Origin: Candidatus Moranbacteria bacterium CG06_land_8_20_14_3_00_40_12
GTDB lineage: Bacteria > Patescibacteriota > Minisyncoccia > Moranbacterales > UBA2206
DNA length: 37,081 nt
NCBI GenBank assembly: GCA_002780175.1
Contig: PEVT01000008.1
Span: 1-37,081 of the forward strand
Reading direction: 5' to 3'
This document shows positions 27,050 to 35,575 of the stretch, piece after piece (within the stretch, counting starts at the first letter, position 1; each line of letters starts with the position of its first letter). The translations under genes and the position numbers were made by a program. The notes under the pieces were generated by a model. That model worked only from the letters and a program-made list of their open reading frames with translations. It did no database searches and was not told the DNA's origin.

Positions 27050-27925
27050 TTAGTTGTCGCAACCGCAGCCGGGCACGCTGACATGGACATGATCGCCTTC
27101 ATCTTCAATGTAGCCGGCGCCGCAACTGGAAGCGGCGCTCATAATGGTTGCGTTGGAAGCGGAACTGCCTTGGTTGGAAAAATCCACCGCGCAGGATTTT
27201 CCAGGACTGCTCGTTCCTCCATAATGGCAGGAGCCCTTTTTATGAAAACAGCAATTAGTTTGTTTGGCGGGAACACCTGGGGATCCGGGAGTGCATTGAA
27301 CCCAGGTTGGATTTTTTTGATAACAATTAACTCCGCCATTGTTGTCAGAAATAGAGGATATTTGAATCGCGTCTCCCAGTTTTTTATGCATGCAATCCAA
27401 AAGAGCGTTGAGTTTATCGGAAGCATCTGCGCATTGTCCGGGAACCTGGCTTTTCATTAATTGGCAGGCGCTCTTTACAGCCGGCGGCAATTCCGCTGGA
27501 GGTCCGGGAATAGTGGGTGTTGTGGGAACCGCGGCGGCCATTTTAGCTTTTACCAGTTCCGGATTTATAGTATAGAGAATTAAATAAGCCAGGAGGGCTA
27601 AAATTAAGCCTATCAGGGCGTCGGTGATAAATCCCTTGGCTTTTTCCATGCTGGCGTTGTTGCCGCCGGAAGCGGCATACATATAGCCGCCGATGACAAT
27701 CATAATCAAAGCGCAAATGCCGACGGTCCAGATGCCGAATTTATAAAGATTGGAAACAAAAGTCGCGAAATCGTTGGTTGTTCCATAACCGGGGATAGGC
27801 TCCATCGGTTCGTAATCCAAATTGGGACCGGTTGTTTCGGCGGCGGAAACAATCAGGAGAGGAAAAATAAAAACAGACAGTAAAACCAGAAAGACGAGAA
27901 ATTTAACCTTAAAATTTTTAGTCAT
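27050..27925 (-). CDS. T4SS-type (VirB2/TrbC-like) pilin fused to a Cys-rich putative M15-like Zn peptidase domain
   Basis: Signal peptide; ALIMIVIGGYMYAASGGN...KAKGFITDALIGLILALLAYLILYTINP; Pro linker; SCH...AVDF...HVHVS with 12 Cys. Confidence 0.75.
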   Translation of the reverse strand: MTKNFKVKFLVFLVLLSVFIFPLLIVSAAETTGPNLDYEPMEPIPGYGTTNDFATFVSNLYKFGIWTVGICALIMIVIGGYMYAASGGNNASMEKAKGFITDALIGLILALLAYLILYTINPELVKAKMAAAVPTTPTIPGPPAELPPAVKSACQLMKSQVPGQCADASDKLNALLDCMHKKLGDAIQISSISDNNGGVNCYQKNPTWVQCTPGSPGVPAKQTNCCFHKKGSCHYGGTSSPGKSCAVDFSNQGSSASNATIMSAASSCGAGYIEDEGDHVHVSVPGCGCDN

Positions 27926-30863
27926 TTTTTTGAACTTGAGGAAATAAAGCGAAAAGGATCCAGATGGCGGCTAAAAGAACGAAAGCGGTAAGAACCAATC
28001 GGAAAAGAAAAGCGAAATAAGCCGGAACGCTGGAAATAAAACTGGCCAATATTCTGCCTTGGCCATTTTGGGCCGCTTCGGATTCATCAATGCTGTCAGC
28101 CAGGGTAAAATCAATTATTTGAGAAAGCGGTTGCTCGTAAAATTCGCCCAGAATTACGCCCCAATATTCGTTCAAAGCTTTTTTGGTGTTATTGTCTTGG
28201 GTGTAAATCCCCTCGGCTTTAAGCGAAAAGGAAGTTTCCATATTTTCAAAAGCCTTAAAAGACAAAGAACGATCCGTAGTTTCTAATTGGATATCATTCC
28301 AATACCAGGTTATGGGCAGATCCTCTTTAGCGGGAAAAGGAACCGAAGCGAAAGGAGCCAAGGCCAATTTAATGGTGGAATCGTCCAGCGCTAAAAATTC
28401 CGTCTGGCTGTAATCGGGCCATTCTTTGCCGTCTAAATCTATGTAATGGCCGAGAGTTTTAGGCTTGCTGGTGGATTCGTCCGCGGAAATAATTTTGAAA
28501 TCCGGTTCGGAAACCAGAAAAGTTTTGTTCAGGCTTATTTTAACGCCGGTTTTTTGATTGGTGGCGACGAGGCTTAAACTTAAAGTGGAGCCCTCAGGCG
28601 CCAGAACCGGAAAAAAAATCAAATTGCCTGGTTCGGTAAAATCAGAATCATATTTATAAGAAAGCGCTTGGCCGTTGAGCGTCCAAAGAAAGTCGTAATC
28701 TTCTCCGGAAGTAATGTTCGCTTTCACCGCCACGATTTCATCCGGAGCCACCGGGCAAATAGCGGCGTCCACCAGCTGTCCCCGGGAGCCGGCGTAAATT
28801 TGGCAAATTTCTTCATCTCCTTTGGCCAGAGTCAAGGAATCGTCAACCAGAGTATGGAAAACGGAAAGGTTGTTATTAAAAGAAGACAACGGAATGATGG
28901 CCTCCGCGTAACCCTTGCGGGTTCCCTCGCCGGCGCCGGAGGTGACTTTTTCCGACACGTTAAGTTTGACTTTAAGATATTTGGGCGCGTCGGAAAAATT
29001 AGCTTTAAATTTAAGATGGGGAATTCCCGCTCCCGTGGTTTGTTCCACTCCGATAAGCTGGCTTTTCAACAAAGGATCGCCCCATTCTTCTTCGGCGTCG
29101 GCCGAATCTCCCATATAAACGGTCCAAGCATAATGCAAAGATTCTTTTTTGGTGGAATTTTCAATCGTGGAAACAACGCTGATCCAATCGGCGTTATCGC
29201 CTTCATTGCTGGTGTCGTTGACCGGATTTTCCGGAGAATAAGAAAGGCTCACCTCTATTTTTTCGTTCTTGCCCCCGCTTTCGGAAGGCTTGAGCATATT
29301 TTCTAGCAAACACTTGTTGAAATAATCTTTGTTCATATTAAAAATAGTGTCCAGCTCTAACTCACTGGAATCAACAATCTCAATGGCGGAGTTGGTAATA
29401 GAGCAAAGAGCTGTTCCATCTTTCTTAAAATCATCAGTTGAGCCACAGCAAGATTGGTTTGTACCTAAGGCTACCTGATATTTTACATTGCTGTCCACTT
29501 GAGCTTGAGTAAAAAAATTTTCAGAAACCAAAGAGTGTGTGTCAATTTCATTGCAAACTGCCGCATCTGGCTTAAAATAATCTTTTGTTTCAGTCGTAAT
29601 TTTTGTGGTTGCGTTCCCTCCCGTCCCTCCCGTCCCTCCCGTCCCTCCTTCTCCCACATCTCCTCCAGTCCCTCCAGTCCCTCCAGTCCCTCCAGTTGCC
29701 GTTCCTGTTGCAGTAGCTATTCTTCGGGAAGCTAAGCTAATAGTTTCTGTTTTTATAAAATATTGATAGTCCCCTATAGTGTAACTGGAGGAAGGAGCTT
29801 GCTGGGCTTCAACCGGTTTTTGTTTAATCAAAGTTCGAGTAAATTCACAGCCATCCGGACAATCCGGCCAAGTAGTGGGATCGAGCTGGGTGCCATAATT
29901 TTTTCCCTCTCCCGGTTCATCAAAATGTTTTTCCAGAACTTTGCAAGTGTTATTGGGAATGGCCCACATTATTTTATAACTGGAATCTTCAAACAGAGTG
30001 GAATCGGCCGCGATGCCTTCCACGGCCACTCCCAGCCGATCTCCCGGTTGGTAGGTCCAGGAAAAATCCTTGGCGCCCAAGCCGGTGACATTCGCTTCGT
30101 CCGGATGGCCGGTTTCGGCGGTATCCGGGTCATCCGGATTGGTGCGCCAAAAATATTCCTCTCCCTTGCTGAAAGCGTTATCGCCGGTTGTATAGCCGGG
30201 CGCGTTGGGGAAAAGATGGAAGCAATCCTGGAATTGATAATCTTTGCCTAATTTAACATCGTAAAAAAAACAAAAATTATTTTTTTTCTTTTGGTCGTCG
30301 CCCCCATAGACGGATTTGTAGGCGCTTTCTCCGTCGGACTTGCCGTAATCGGCTTGCGCGTAATCAAAACCGCTGTTGGCGTAAGTCCGCATAGCCTTGA
30401 TTTTGAAATCTTCCACATCCACCTCGCCGTCTTTATTAAGGTCGCAGCGCGCTTTATTTTCCGCGTTCAAATTTTTTTCCTGGCAAATTTCCGGTTGCAA
30501 ATACCAAGTATAGTAAAGCGTTTCAGGCTGGTTGGCGAAATTGAGCGGCGTGGCCGTGGCGGTCGCTTTTTCTCCCGGCTTGGGATCGGTCGGGGTAAAA
30601 GTGACAGTGACTTGCGGATGAGGTTTTTTTAAACTGGCCACATTCAAATATTGGGCGTTTTCCGTGATCATCGCGTCGTCAATTCCGTATTTTTTAAAAA
30701 TACACATCACCGCTTTAGCGGGATCAATAAGGCCGAGTGCTTTGCATTTGATGTCTTCAAACGGACCCAGGCCGAATGCGGCTAAAGCGCTAGGGATGTT
30801 GAGCAGAGTAAAAAGCGCGATCAGGCAGAGGATTAAACGATTTTGAGGGGAAAATATACGCAT
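27918..30863 (-). CDS. Large exported protein with a C-terminal TM anchor (Ig-like, Ca-binding, Gly-rich insert)
   Basis: Signal peptide, DLNKDGEVDVED Ca-binding loop, TNPDDPDT, several YxW/F.WTLNG Ig-like strands, C-terminal TM. Confidence 0.75.
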   Translation of the reverse strand: MRIFSPQNRLILCLIALFTLLNIPSALAAFGLGPFEDIKCKALGLIDPAKAVMCIFKKYGIDDAMITENAQYLNVASLKKPHPQVTVTFTPTDPKPGEKATATATPLNFANQPETLYYTWYLQPEICQEKNLNAENKARCDLNKDGEVDVEDFKIKAMRTYANSGFDYAQADYGKSDGESAYKSVYGGDDQKKKNNFCFFYDVKLGKDYQFQDCFHLFPNAPGYTTGDNAFSKGEEYFWRTNPDDPDTAETGHPDEANVTGLGAKDFSWTYQPGDRLGVAVEGIAADSTLFEDSSYKIMWAIPNNTCKVLEKHFDEPGEGKNYGTQLDPTTWPDCPDGCEFTRTLIKQKPVEAQQAPSSSYTIGDYQYFIKTETISLASRRIATATGTATGGTGGTGGTGGDVGEGGTGGTGGTGGNATTKITTETKDYFKPDAAVCNEIDTHSLVSENFFTQAQVDSNVKYQVALGTNQSCCGSTDDFKKDGTALCSITNSAIEIVDSSELELDTIFNMNKDYFNKCLLENMLKPSESGGKNEKIEVSLSYSPENPVNDTSNEGDNADWISVVSTIENSTKKESLHYAWTVYMGDSADAEEEWGDPLLKSQLIGVEQTTGAGIPHLKFKANFSDAPKYLKVKLNVSEKVTSGAGEGTRKGYAEAIIPLSSFNNNLSVFHTLVDDSLTLAKGDEEICQIYAGSRGQLVDAAICPVAPDEIVAVKANITSGEDYDFLWTLNGQALSYKYDSDFTEPGNLIFFPVLAPEGSTLSLSLVATNQKTGVKISLNKTFLVSEPDFKIISADESTSKPKTLGHYIDLDGKEWPDYSQTEFLALDDSTIKLALAPFASVPFPAKEDLPITWYWNDIQLETTDRSLSFKAFENMETSFSLKAEGIYTQDNNTKKALNEYWGVILGEFYEQPLSQIIDFTLADSIDESEAAQNGQGRILASFISSVPAYFAFLFRLVLTAFVLLAAIWILFALFPQVQKND
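29615..29700 (-). repeat. 9-bp coding tandem repeats encoding (GGT)n
   Basis: ccctcccgt x3 and cctccagtc x3-4, translating as TGGTGGTGGTGGDVGEGGTGGTGGTGG. Confidence 0.85.
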
Positions 30864-30866
30864 AAA

Positions 30867-31526
30867 TTATGGAGTAAGAAAAATTATGCAAGCGTCCAAA
30901 AGAATCAAAAAAATAAGGCCAGGCAGATAGGAAAAAAAGAAAGAGCGGCTTTTGTAGGCGGCCAGTCCGCCGAAAAGCGAAAGGATCACCATAGGCAAAG
31001 TTTCAAAAAAATAAGAGCTGTAAACCAGAAGCGGAAAAAGAAAGACCGTGGACTGGATTAGAATGGACCAGACGCCCAGTCTTTCCCGCAAAACGGAAAG
31101 CAGGAACCCTTTGAAAAAAATTTCTTGCGCCAAAAAGAGCAGATTGACCAAAACCAATTCGTAGAGCAAAAAATAACCGAAGCTCGCTCTGGCGAAAACG
31201 GGAGAGGCGTAAACTTTGTCAAATTCAGTATAGCGGATAAGGAGGAAAAAAAGAACTGCTAAAAAAACAAATAGCGCTCCTCCCCAGAGTAATCCGGCCT
31301 TCTTGTCTCCCCAGCCGATGCCGAAATCGCGGATATTTTTTTGCAGTACCAGTTTGACGTATAACCAAGGAACAATCAGGAGAAAAAAAATGTTTTTGGT
31401 TAAATTTTGCGAATAGTCGTCCGCCGGAAAATAATAAACCATAAAAAAGCAAAAAATCGCCACCAGAAAACTTAAAAATGTTTCTTTCCACTGCTCCAGT
31501 GCTTGCTTTTCGATATTTAAGTACAT
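30867..31526 (-). CDS. CPBP/CAAX (Abi) intramembrane protease-like protein with degenerate motifs
   Basis: Polytopic; RDFGIG, QEIFFKG (normally EExxFRG), YKSRS; the FxxxH and HxxxN histidines are not evident. Confidence 0.7.
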   Translation of the reverse strand: MYLNIEKQALEQWKETFLSFLVAIFCFFMVYYFPADDYSQNLTKNIFFLLIVPWLYVKLVLQKNIRDFGIGWGDKKAGLLWGGALFVFLAVLFFLLIRYTEFDKVYASPVFARASFGYFLLYELVLVNLLFLAQEIFFKGFLLSVLRERLGVWSILIQSTVFLFPLLVYSSYFFETLPMVILSLFGGLAAYKSRSFFFSYLPGLIFLILLDACIIFLTP

Positions 31527-31550
31527 AATTATTTGGATATTTTATGTGAA

Positions 31551-31680
31551 TGTCATCCCGAGCACCCGTTATACGGGCATAAACTCCGTCGAGGGATCTA
31601 CTTTAAAATTAGAATTAGATTGCCACAGTTGTTCCGAGGCGGAACTCCCTCGCCTGCCTGCCGGCAGGCAGGCAATGACA
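31551..31680. repeat. TGTCAT...ATGACA palindromic element with nested insertions
   Basis: tgtcatccc...gggatcta...tagattgc...gcaatgaca; contains gttccgaggcggaac and the perfect palindrome CCTGCCTGCCGGCAGGCAGG (31653-31672). Confidence 0.85.
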
Positions 31681-31688
31681 AAATTGAT

Positions 31689-32153
31689 TTAAGCCGGCGT
31701 TGCGGCCATTTTTTCTTCCTTATCAGCCAGCATCCTTTCCTGAAGCGTCAGATAAAAAACCAAAGCTACCGTCAAAGTTTCAATGGGGAAAAAATTCAAT
31801 CCGAAAAACATTTCCACGGCTGATCCGGCAACCAAGGTCCCGTATCTTTTCGCGAGAGCTTTCGCCATTCTTTGAGCGCTTTTCCTTTTTCCTCCCGATC
31901 CGGTAATAAACATAATCATTCCGATAATAAAGGAAACCCCGAAAGTGACCAATGTGCCGATGACCGGCAGCGAGCCCAAGCCCACAAAATCCGAGATGTC
32001 TTTAAACAGGGCGAAACATAAAGCGATGCCGTAAAGCCAATCCATAAAAGGGTCGAAATATTTCATCAAGGAAATGACAGCGAAAGTATCCTTGATTTTT
32101 TGCGCGTTTGTTCGAGGCGCGCGGGATTGAGTTGTATCGGAAATAGCGGGCAT
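31689..32153 (-). CDS. Hypothetical membrane protein in the T4SS-like locus
   Basis: 154 aa with about three hydrophobic segments; co-oriented with virB4. Confidence 0.7.
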   Translation of the reverse strand: MPAISDTTQSRAPRTNAQKIKDTFAVISLMKYFDPFMDWLYGIALCFALFKDISDFVGLGSLPVIGTLVTFGVSFIIGMIMFITGSGGKRKSAQRMAKALAKRYGTLVAGSAVEMFFGLNFFPIETLTVALVFYLTLQERMLADKEEKMAATPA

Positions 32154-32181
32154 AGTTTTTATTAAATAATAATACCAAGTA

Positions 32182-32272
32182 TGTCATTCCGAGCGTAGCG
32201 TAGCGAAGCTGAGGAATCTAATTTAATTAGATTGCCGCGGTCGTTCCGAGGCGGAACTCCCTCGCAATGACA
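32182..32272. repeat. TGTCAT...ATGACA palindromic element
   Basis: tgtcattcc...ggaatctaa...ttagattgc...ctcgcaatgaca. Confidence 0.85.
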
Positions 32273-32287
32273 ATTTTTCAAATATTT

Positions 32288-34123
32288 TTAAGCTTCTTCT
32301 TCTTCAGCCAGTTCTTTTTTAGCTTGTTCGATCTCCGCGATTTGCGAAGGATCGGTGGTGATAATCTGGTCTTCGCTGTAAGAAGCCACTACTTTGATGG
32401 CGACATGCTTGGTGCCGGCGAAAAAAATTCCCTCCCCGACATTGCTTTCCAACAGCAGAAATTTTTCCTGGTCGGTGAGGTAAAAGGTTTCCGTGATGAC
32501 ATCGATGGCGGCCGGCGACTGTTTAAGCAGGATCTGAATGGAAGAGTTGGTGACAATCGGCTTGCCGAAGCGGCTCGACAAAAAATCGTTCACATCCTGG
32601 GTAATCGTCGTGAGTCCGGTGTAATACTTGCGGCATCTTTTGGCGATGCCGAAAAGAAAAGAAGCGGCATCGTCGTATTTCATCATCACCCAGGCTTCGT
32701 CAACCAGGACGATTCTTTTGCGGATATTGGTGCGCATTTCATTCCAGATGAATTGCAAAACGACATACATGGCGACGGGGCGCATTTCCTCTTCCATGTC
32801 GCGAATATTAAAAACCACCATCGGGTTATTAATATCCAGGTTGGTGACATTATTGAGAAATCCGGAAAAAATGCCTTCGGTGTATTTTTCCAGCCGGATC
32901 GCCAAATCTTCCCCGCCTTCCATATTGCGCAGCACCTGGTAAAGATCGGACATGGTGGGAAAATCTTCTTTTTTCAAAGCGTTTAAATCAGCTTGGGCGG
33001 TGATGTCTTTAATATCGTAAGTTTCCCGGATGGAACGGTCTAAAATAGAATCTTCTTCCGGCGTGATATTGCCCAGCATCAAATGCAAAAGTCCGATAAG
33101 TCCGGCGATATTATTGCGCATAACATCTACCGGGTCTTCGTCTTCGCCGACTTTGGGCAGGTCAAAAGGGTTCAGATGATTTTTGGAATTTAAGGAAATT
33201 TTAAAGAAGGTTCCGCCGACCGTGTCGCACAGATGCTTGTATTCGTTTTCCGGATCGATAATAATAACTTCGGTTCCCACCATCAAGGAGCGCAAAACTT
33301 CCAGTTTAACCAGATAACTTTTGCCGGCGCCGGATTTGGCGAAAACGACCATATTGCCGTTTTCCATGTTGAAACGATCAAAAATTATCAAACTGTTGTT
33401 ATGGCGATTGATGCCGTAAAGAATCCCTTCTTCACTGGAAAGATTGGAAGAAACAAAAGGAAAAGTGGTGGACAAAGGAGAAGAATCCATGCTGGTGCCG
33501 ACATTCAGCTCGTCATTGGCCAAAGGCAAGGAGGAATTAAAGCCCTGCTCGGTTTTAAAAATGGCCGGTTTGGTGTAAACCAACTGGGCTTCCAGAATGG
33601 CCATAATGGCTTTCACCTGCTTGTCCAACTCTTTTTCCTCTTGCGCGTAAATGGTTATGTATAAGCCGAAGCGGAAAAATTTTTCCGTCCCCTGCTGGAG
33701 CTTGTCGCGCAATTCATCGATGTCGCGCATCGCGGTTTCCAAAACCGGATCGCGCACCATGCCGCGCGCTTCTTCAATGTGAATTTGCGACTGGACCTGG
33801 GTGGCGGTTTTGCGCAGGTTTTTGAGGATGGTGTTGGTGTCGATGGGATGGATGAACATGGAAATATCCATCGGCATATCAATATTGATGATCGGCGAAA
33901 ACCAATTGCTGTGCAGGTAGCGGGGATAGGTAATGACAAAAATAGTTTGCGCCAAAGTTTCGCCCACGCGGATATAGCGGGAAGTGATTTTAATGGCGGA
34001 AGGCGCGATCAGATCCTGCAGCTTGGAGAGGCCTTCCTGGTAATATCTCTCGCTTAAAAGCACCTCGTCGGTCGGCAACGGTTCGGATTTAGGCTCTTTA
34101 TTTTTTTTCAAAAAATCCAGCAT
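32288..34123 (-). CDS. virB4: VirB4/TraC-like type IV secretion ATPase
   Basis: YGIN, FDRF, Walker A AKSGAGKS, IIIDPENEY, NPFD, Walker B LVDEAW, RKY..TITQ. The likely start is ATG 34123; ATG 34177 lies inside the repeat element. Confidence 0.9.
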   Translation of the reverse strand: MLDFLKKNKEPKSEPLPTDEVLLSERYYQEGLSKLQDLIAPSAIKITSRYIRVGETLAQTIFVITYPRYLHSNWFSPIINIDMPMDISMFIHPIDTNTILKNLRKTATQVQSQIHIEEARGMVRDPVLETAMRDIDELRDKLQQGTEKFFRFGLYITIYAQEEKELDKQVKAIMAILEAQLVYTKPAIFKTEQGFNSSLPLANDELNVGTSMDSSPLSTTFPFVSSNLSSEEGILYGINRHNNSLIIFDRFNMENGNMVVFAKSGAGKSYLVKLEVLRSLMVGTEVIIIDPENEYKHLCDTVGGTFFKISLNSKNHLNPFDLPKVGEDEDPVDVMRNNIAGLIGLLHLMLGNITPEEDSILDRSIRETYDIKDITAQADLNALKKEDFPTMSDLYQVLRNMEGGEDLAIRLEKYTEGIFSGFLNNVTNLDINNPMVVFNIRDMEEEMRPVAMYVVLQFIWNEMRTNIRKRIVLVDEAWVMMKYDDAASFLFGIAKRCRKYYTGLTTITQDVNDFLSSRFGKPIVTNSSIQILLKQSPAAIDVITETFYLTDQEKFLLLESNVGEGIFFAGTKHVAIKVVASYSEDQIITTDPSQIAEIEQAKKELAEEEEA

Positions 34124-34171
34124 AGGTAGTTTTTTTAGATTAGTCAAAATTATTTGTAATTTCTTTGAGAG

Positions 34172-34260
34172 TGTCATTCCGGGCTTGTCGAGCCTGCCTG
34201 CCGGTAGGCAGGGAATCTAATAAATTAGATCCTCACGTCGCTTCGCTCCTCAGGATGACA
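34172..34260. repeat. TGTCAT...ATGACA palindromic element with a nested CCTGCCTGCCGGTAGGCAGG
   Basis: tgtcattcc...gaatctaa..ttagatcct...aggatgaca; palindrome at 34193-34212. Confidence 0.85.
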
Positions 34261-34272
34261 TTGTAAACAATG

Positions 34273-34959
34273 TCACTTTAAATCCAAATTGCGCGTGTCT
34301 TCCAGTTCCGTTAAATTGAAAACATTGGAATTGTAGGAATTATACAGCAATTCAATGAGCTCTTTGGTTTTAAGCGGAACCATTTTCAAGCCGATGCCGG
34401 AAAGACTGGCGATAATATGGTTCATGCGCTGAAAAAGCTGATTGCGGCAGGTTTCAAAAAGCTCCCGTTTATCCATAATGCTTTTTCTGGGATTAAGCAA
34501 GGTGCTAAAACTGTCGAATATTCCCTTTTCCCGGTTTTCAATGGAAGAAAAGGGAATGATGATGTAAAAATTTTTGTCCATAATATTGGAAACCGAAACC
34601 AGATGCTGGATAAAATTTTTATATTCGGAAATCTGGAAGCGCAGCAGCTCGCTGGGCTGGTCTTTTTCCTTGCGTTCGATGAAATCCAGATATTTTTCAA
34701 TGTTGATCTTGCGAGAATTAATCAGGATTTGCAGGGGGAAATCCAGGGAGTTGAGGAAATTTTTATACTGGTTGATAATGGCTTCCTGCTCCTGGGTTGA
34801 TTTTAAATCGTAATTAATGGCGGAAACGCTTAAAACTCCGCGCAAAGTTCCGTTTTTCAGCACGATGGCGTCATCCTTGACTTCCGCCACGTCCATAAAT
34901 TGCTGGCTGGTGGATTTAGAGCTCGTTTTGGTTATTTTTTGGGAGTTTAATATTTCCAT
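34273..34959 (-). CDS. VirB4-associated protein (TraC/TrsD N-terminal-like)
   Basis: STSQQF..V.EVKDD, INYDLKSTQEQEAI, FLNSLDFPLQI; lies between prgI and virB4. Confidence 0.65.
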   Translation of the reverse strand: MEILNSQKITKTSSKSTSQQFMDVAEVKDDAIVLKNGTLRGVLSVSAINYDLKSTQEQEAIINQYKNFLNSLDFPLQILINSRKINIEKYLDFIERKEKDQPSELLRFQISEYKNFIQHLVSVSNIMDKNFYIIIPFSSIENREKGIFDSFSTLLNPRKSIMDKRELFETCRNQLFQRMNHIIASLSGIGLKMVPLKTKELIELLYNSYNSNVFNLTELEDTRNLDLK

Positions 34960-35366
34960 GTGGTTGTGGAACTATCCAATAAGCTGGAAATTTCCTGAAT
35001 TTTATCTTGATTAAGGGCTTTTTTCCGGATGTTTTCGCCCGTTTCCGGTTTTTTAATCTTCATTTTTTTGAGAGCCATTTTGAGCTGGTTGTCTCTTTTC
35101 CAGACGTAAATTTTGGGGCGCACTCCGAAAAAAACCATCGAAATGAGGAAGCTTAAAAAAGACCGGCCGTTGGGGCGGTAAAAAGCGAAAGCGCCGAAAA
35201 AAGCGACGGTCAGAAGGCCGGCAATCACAAAAGAAGTAAAATCCAGCAGATTCCAGAGAACCAACAGAATACCGCCGGCGCAAAACAGCCAGCCTAATTG
35301 TTTAGCCGTGAGCGGGCCGACGATTTTATCTTCGGTGTCGATAAATTGGGGAACATTGTGCATCAT
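34947..35366 (-). CDS. PrgI-family (VirB3-like) membrane protein
   Basis: VPQFIDTEDKIVGPLTAKQ, two TM segments, RPKIYVW. The first 24 aa of the ORF-track version are translated repeat element. Confidence 0.88.
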   Translation of the reverse strand: MMHNVPQFIDTEDKIVGPLTAKQLGWLFCAGGILLVLWNLLDFTSFVIAGLLTVAFFGAFAFYRPNGRSFLSFLISMVFFGVRPKIYVWKRDNQLKMALKKMKIKKPETGENIRKKALNQDKIQEISSLLDSSTTTWKY

Positions 35367-35374
35367 ATAGTCGT

Positions 35375-35451
35375 TGTCATTCCCGTGAAAACGGGAATCC
35401 AGAAAACTTATTAATTTATTTACTGGATCCCGCATCAAGTGCGGGATGACA
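35375..35451. repeat. TGTCAT...ATGACA palindromic element (dRS3/RPE-like ATTCCC-N8-GGGAAT)
   Basis: tgtcattcccgtgaaaacgggaatccag...ctggatcccgcatcaagtgcgggatgaca. Confidence 0.85.
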
Positions 35452-35461
35452 GTATTTTACA

Positions 35462-35470
35462 ATTATAACA
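35462..35470 (-). promoter_or_regulatory. Extended -10 promoter TGtTATAAT for the prgI-virB4 operon
   Basis: attataaca at 35462-35470 is TGTTATAAT on the - strand. Confidence 0.6.
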
Positions 35471-35575
35471 CACTTATCCCATTGCAACTCACTGTAAATT
35501 AAATGAAAATTATTAAATTAATTTCAAACGACTGTTTTTTCAGGGTTTAGCATGTCAGTTAATTGCGATGGGAGA

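Noticed and set aside
28059-30846. Several + strand ORFs, including the 212-aa ORF and a Ser/Pro-rich one
   Set aside because: Antisense shadows of the 981-aa gene and its GGT repeat.
31533-31823. 96-aa + strand ORF containing PACRQAG
   Set aside because: It is a translation of the palindromic element plus the antisense of the 154-aa gene.
32267-34057. Long + strand ORFs (239, 104, 143 and 92 aa)
   Set aside because: Antisense shadows of virB4 with no recognisable motifs; the 239-aa ORF starts at the ATG inside the repeat end.
34124-34177. N-terminal extension of VirB4
   Set aside because: Its ATG is the TGTCAT end of the repeat element; ATG 34123 is more plausible.
35367-35438. N-terminal extension of PrgI (LDSRFHGND)
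   Set aside because: Derived from the repeat element; ATG 35366 fits the family start.
31551-35451. Recurring palindromes as a CRISPR array
   Set aside because: They are separated by whole genes, with no regular spacers and no cas genes.
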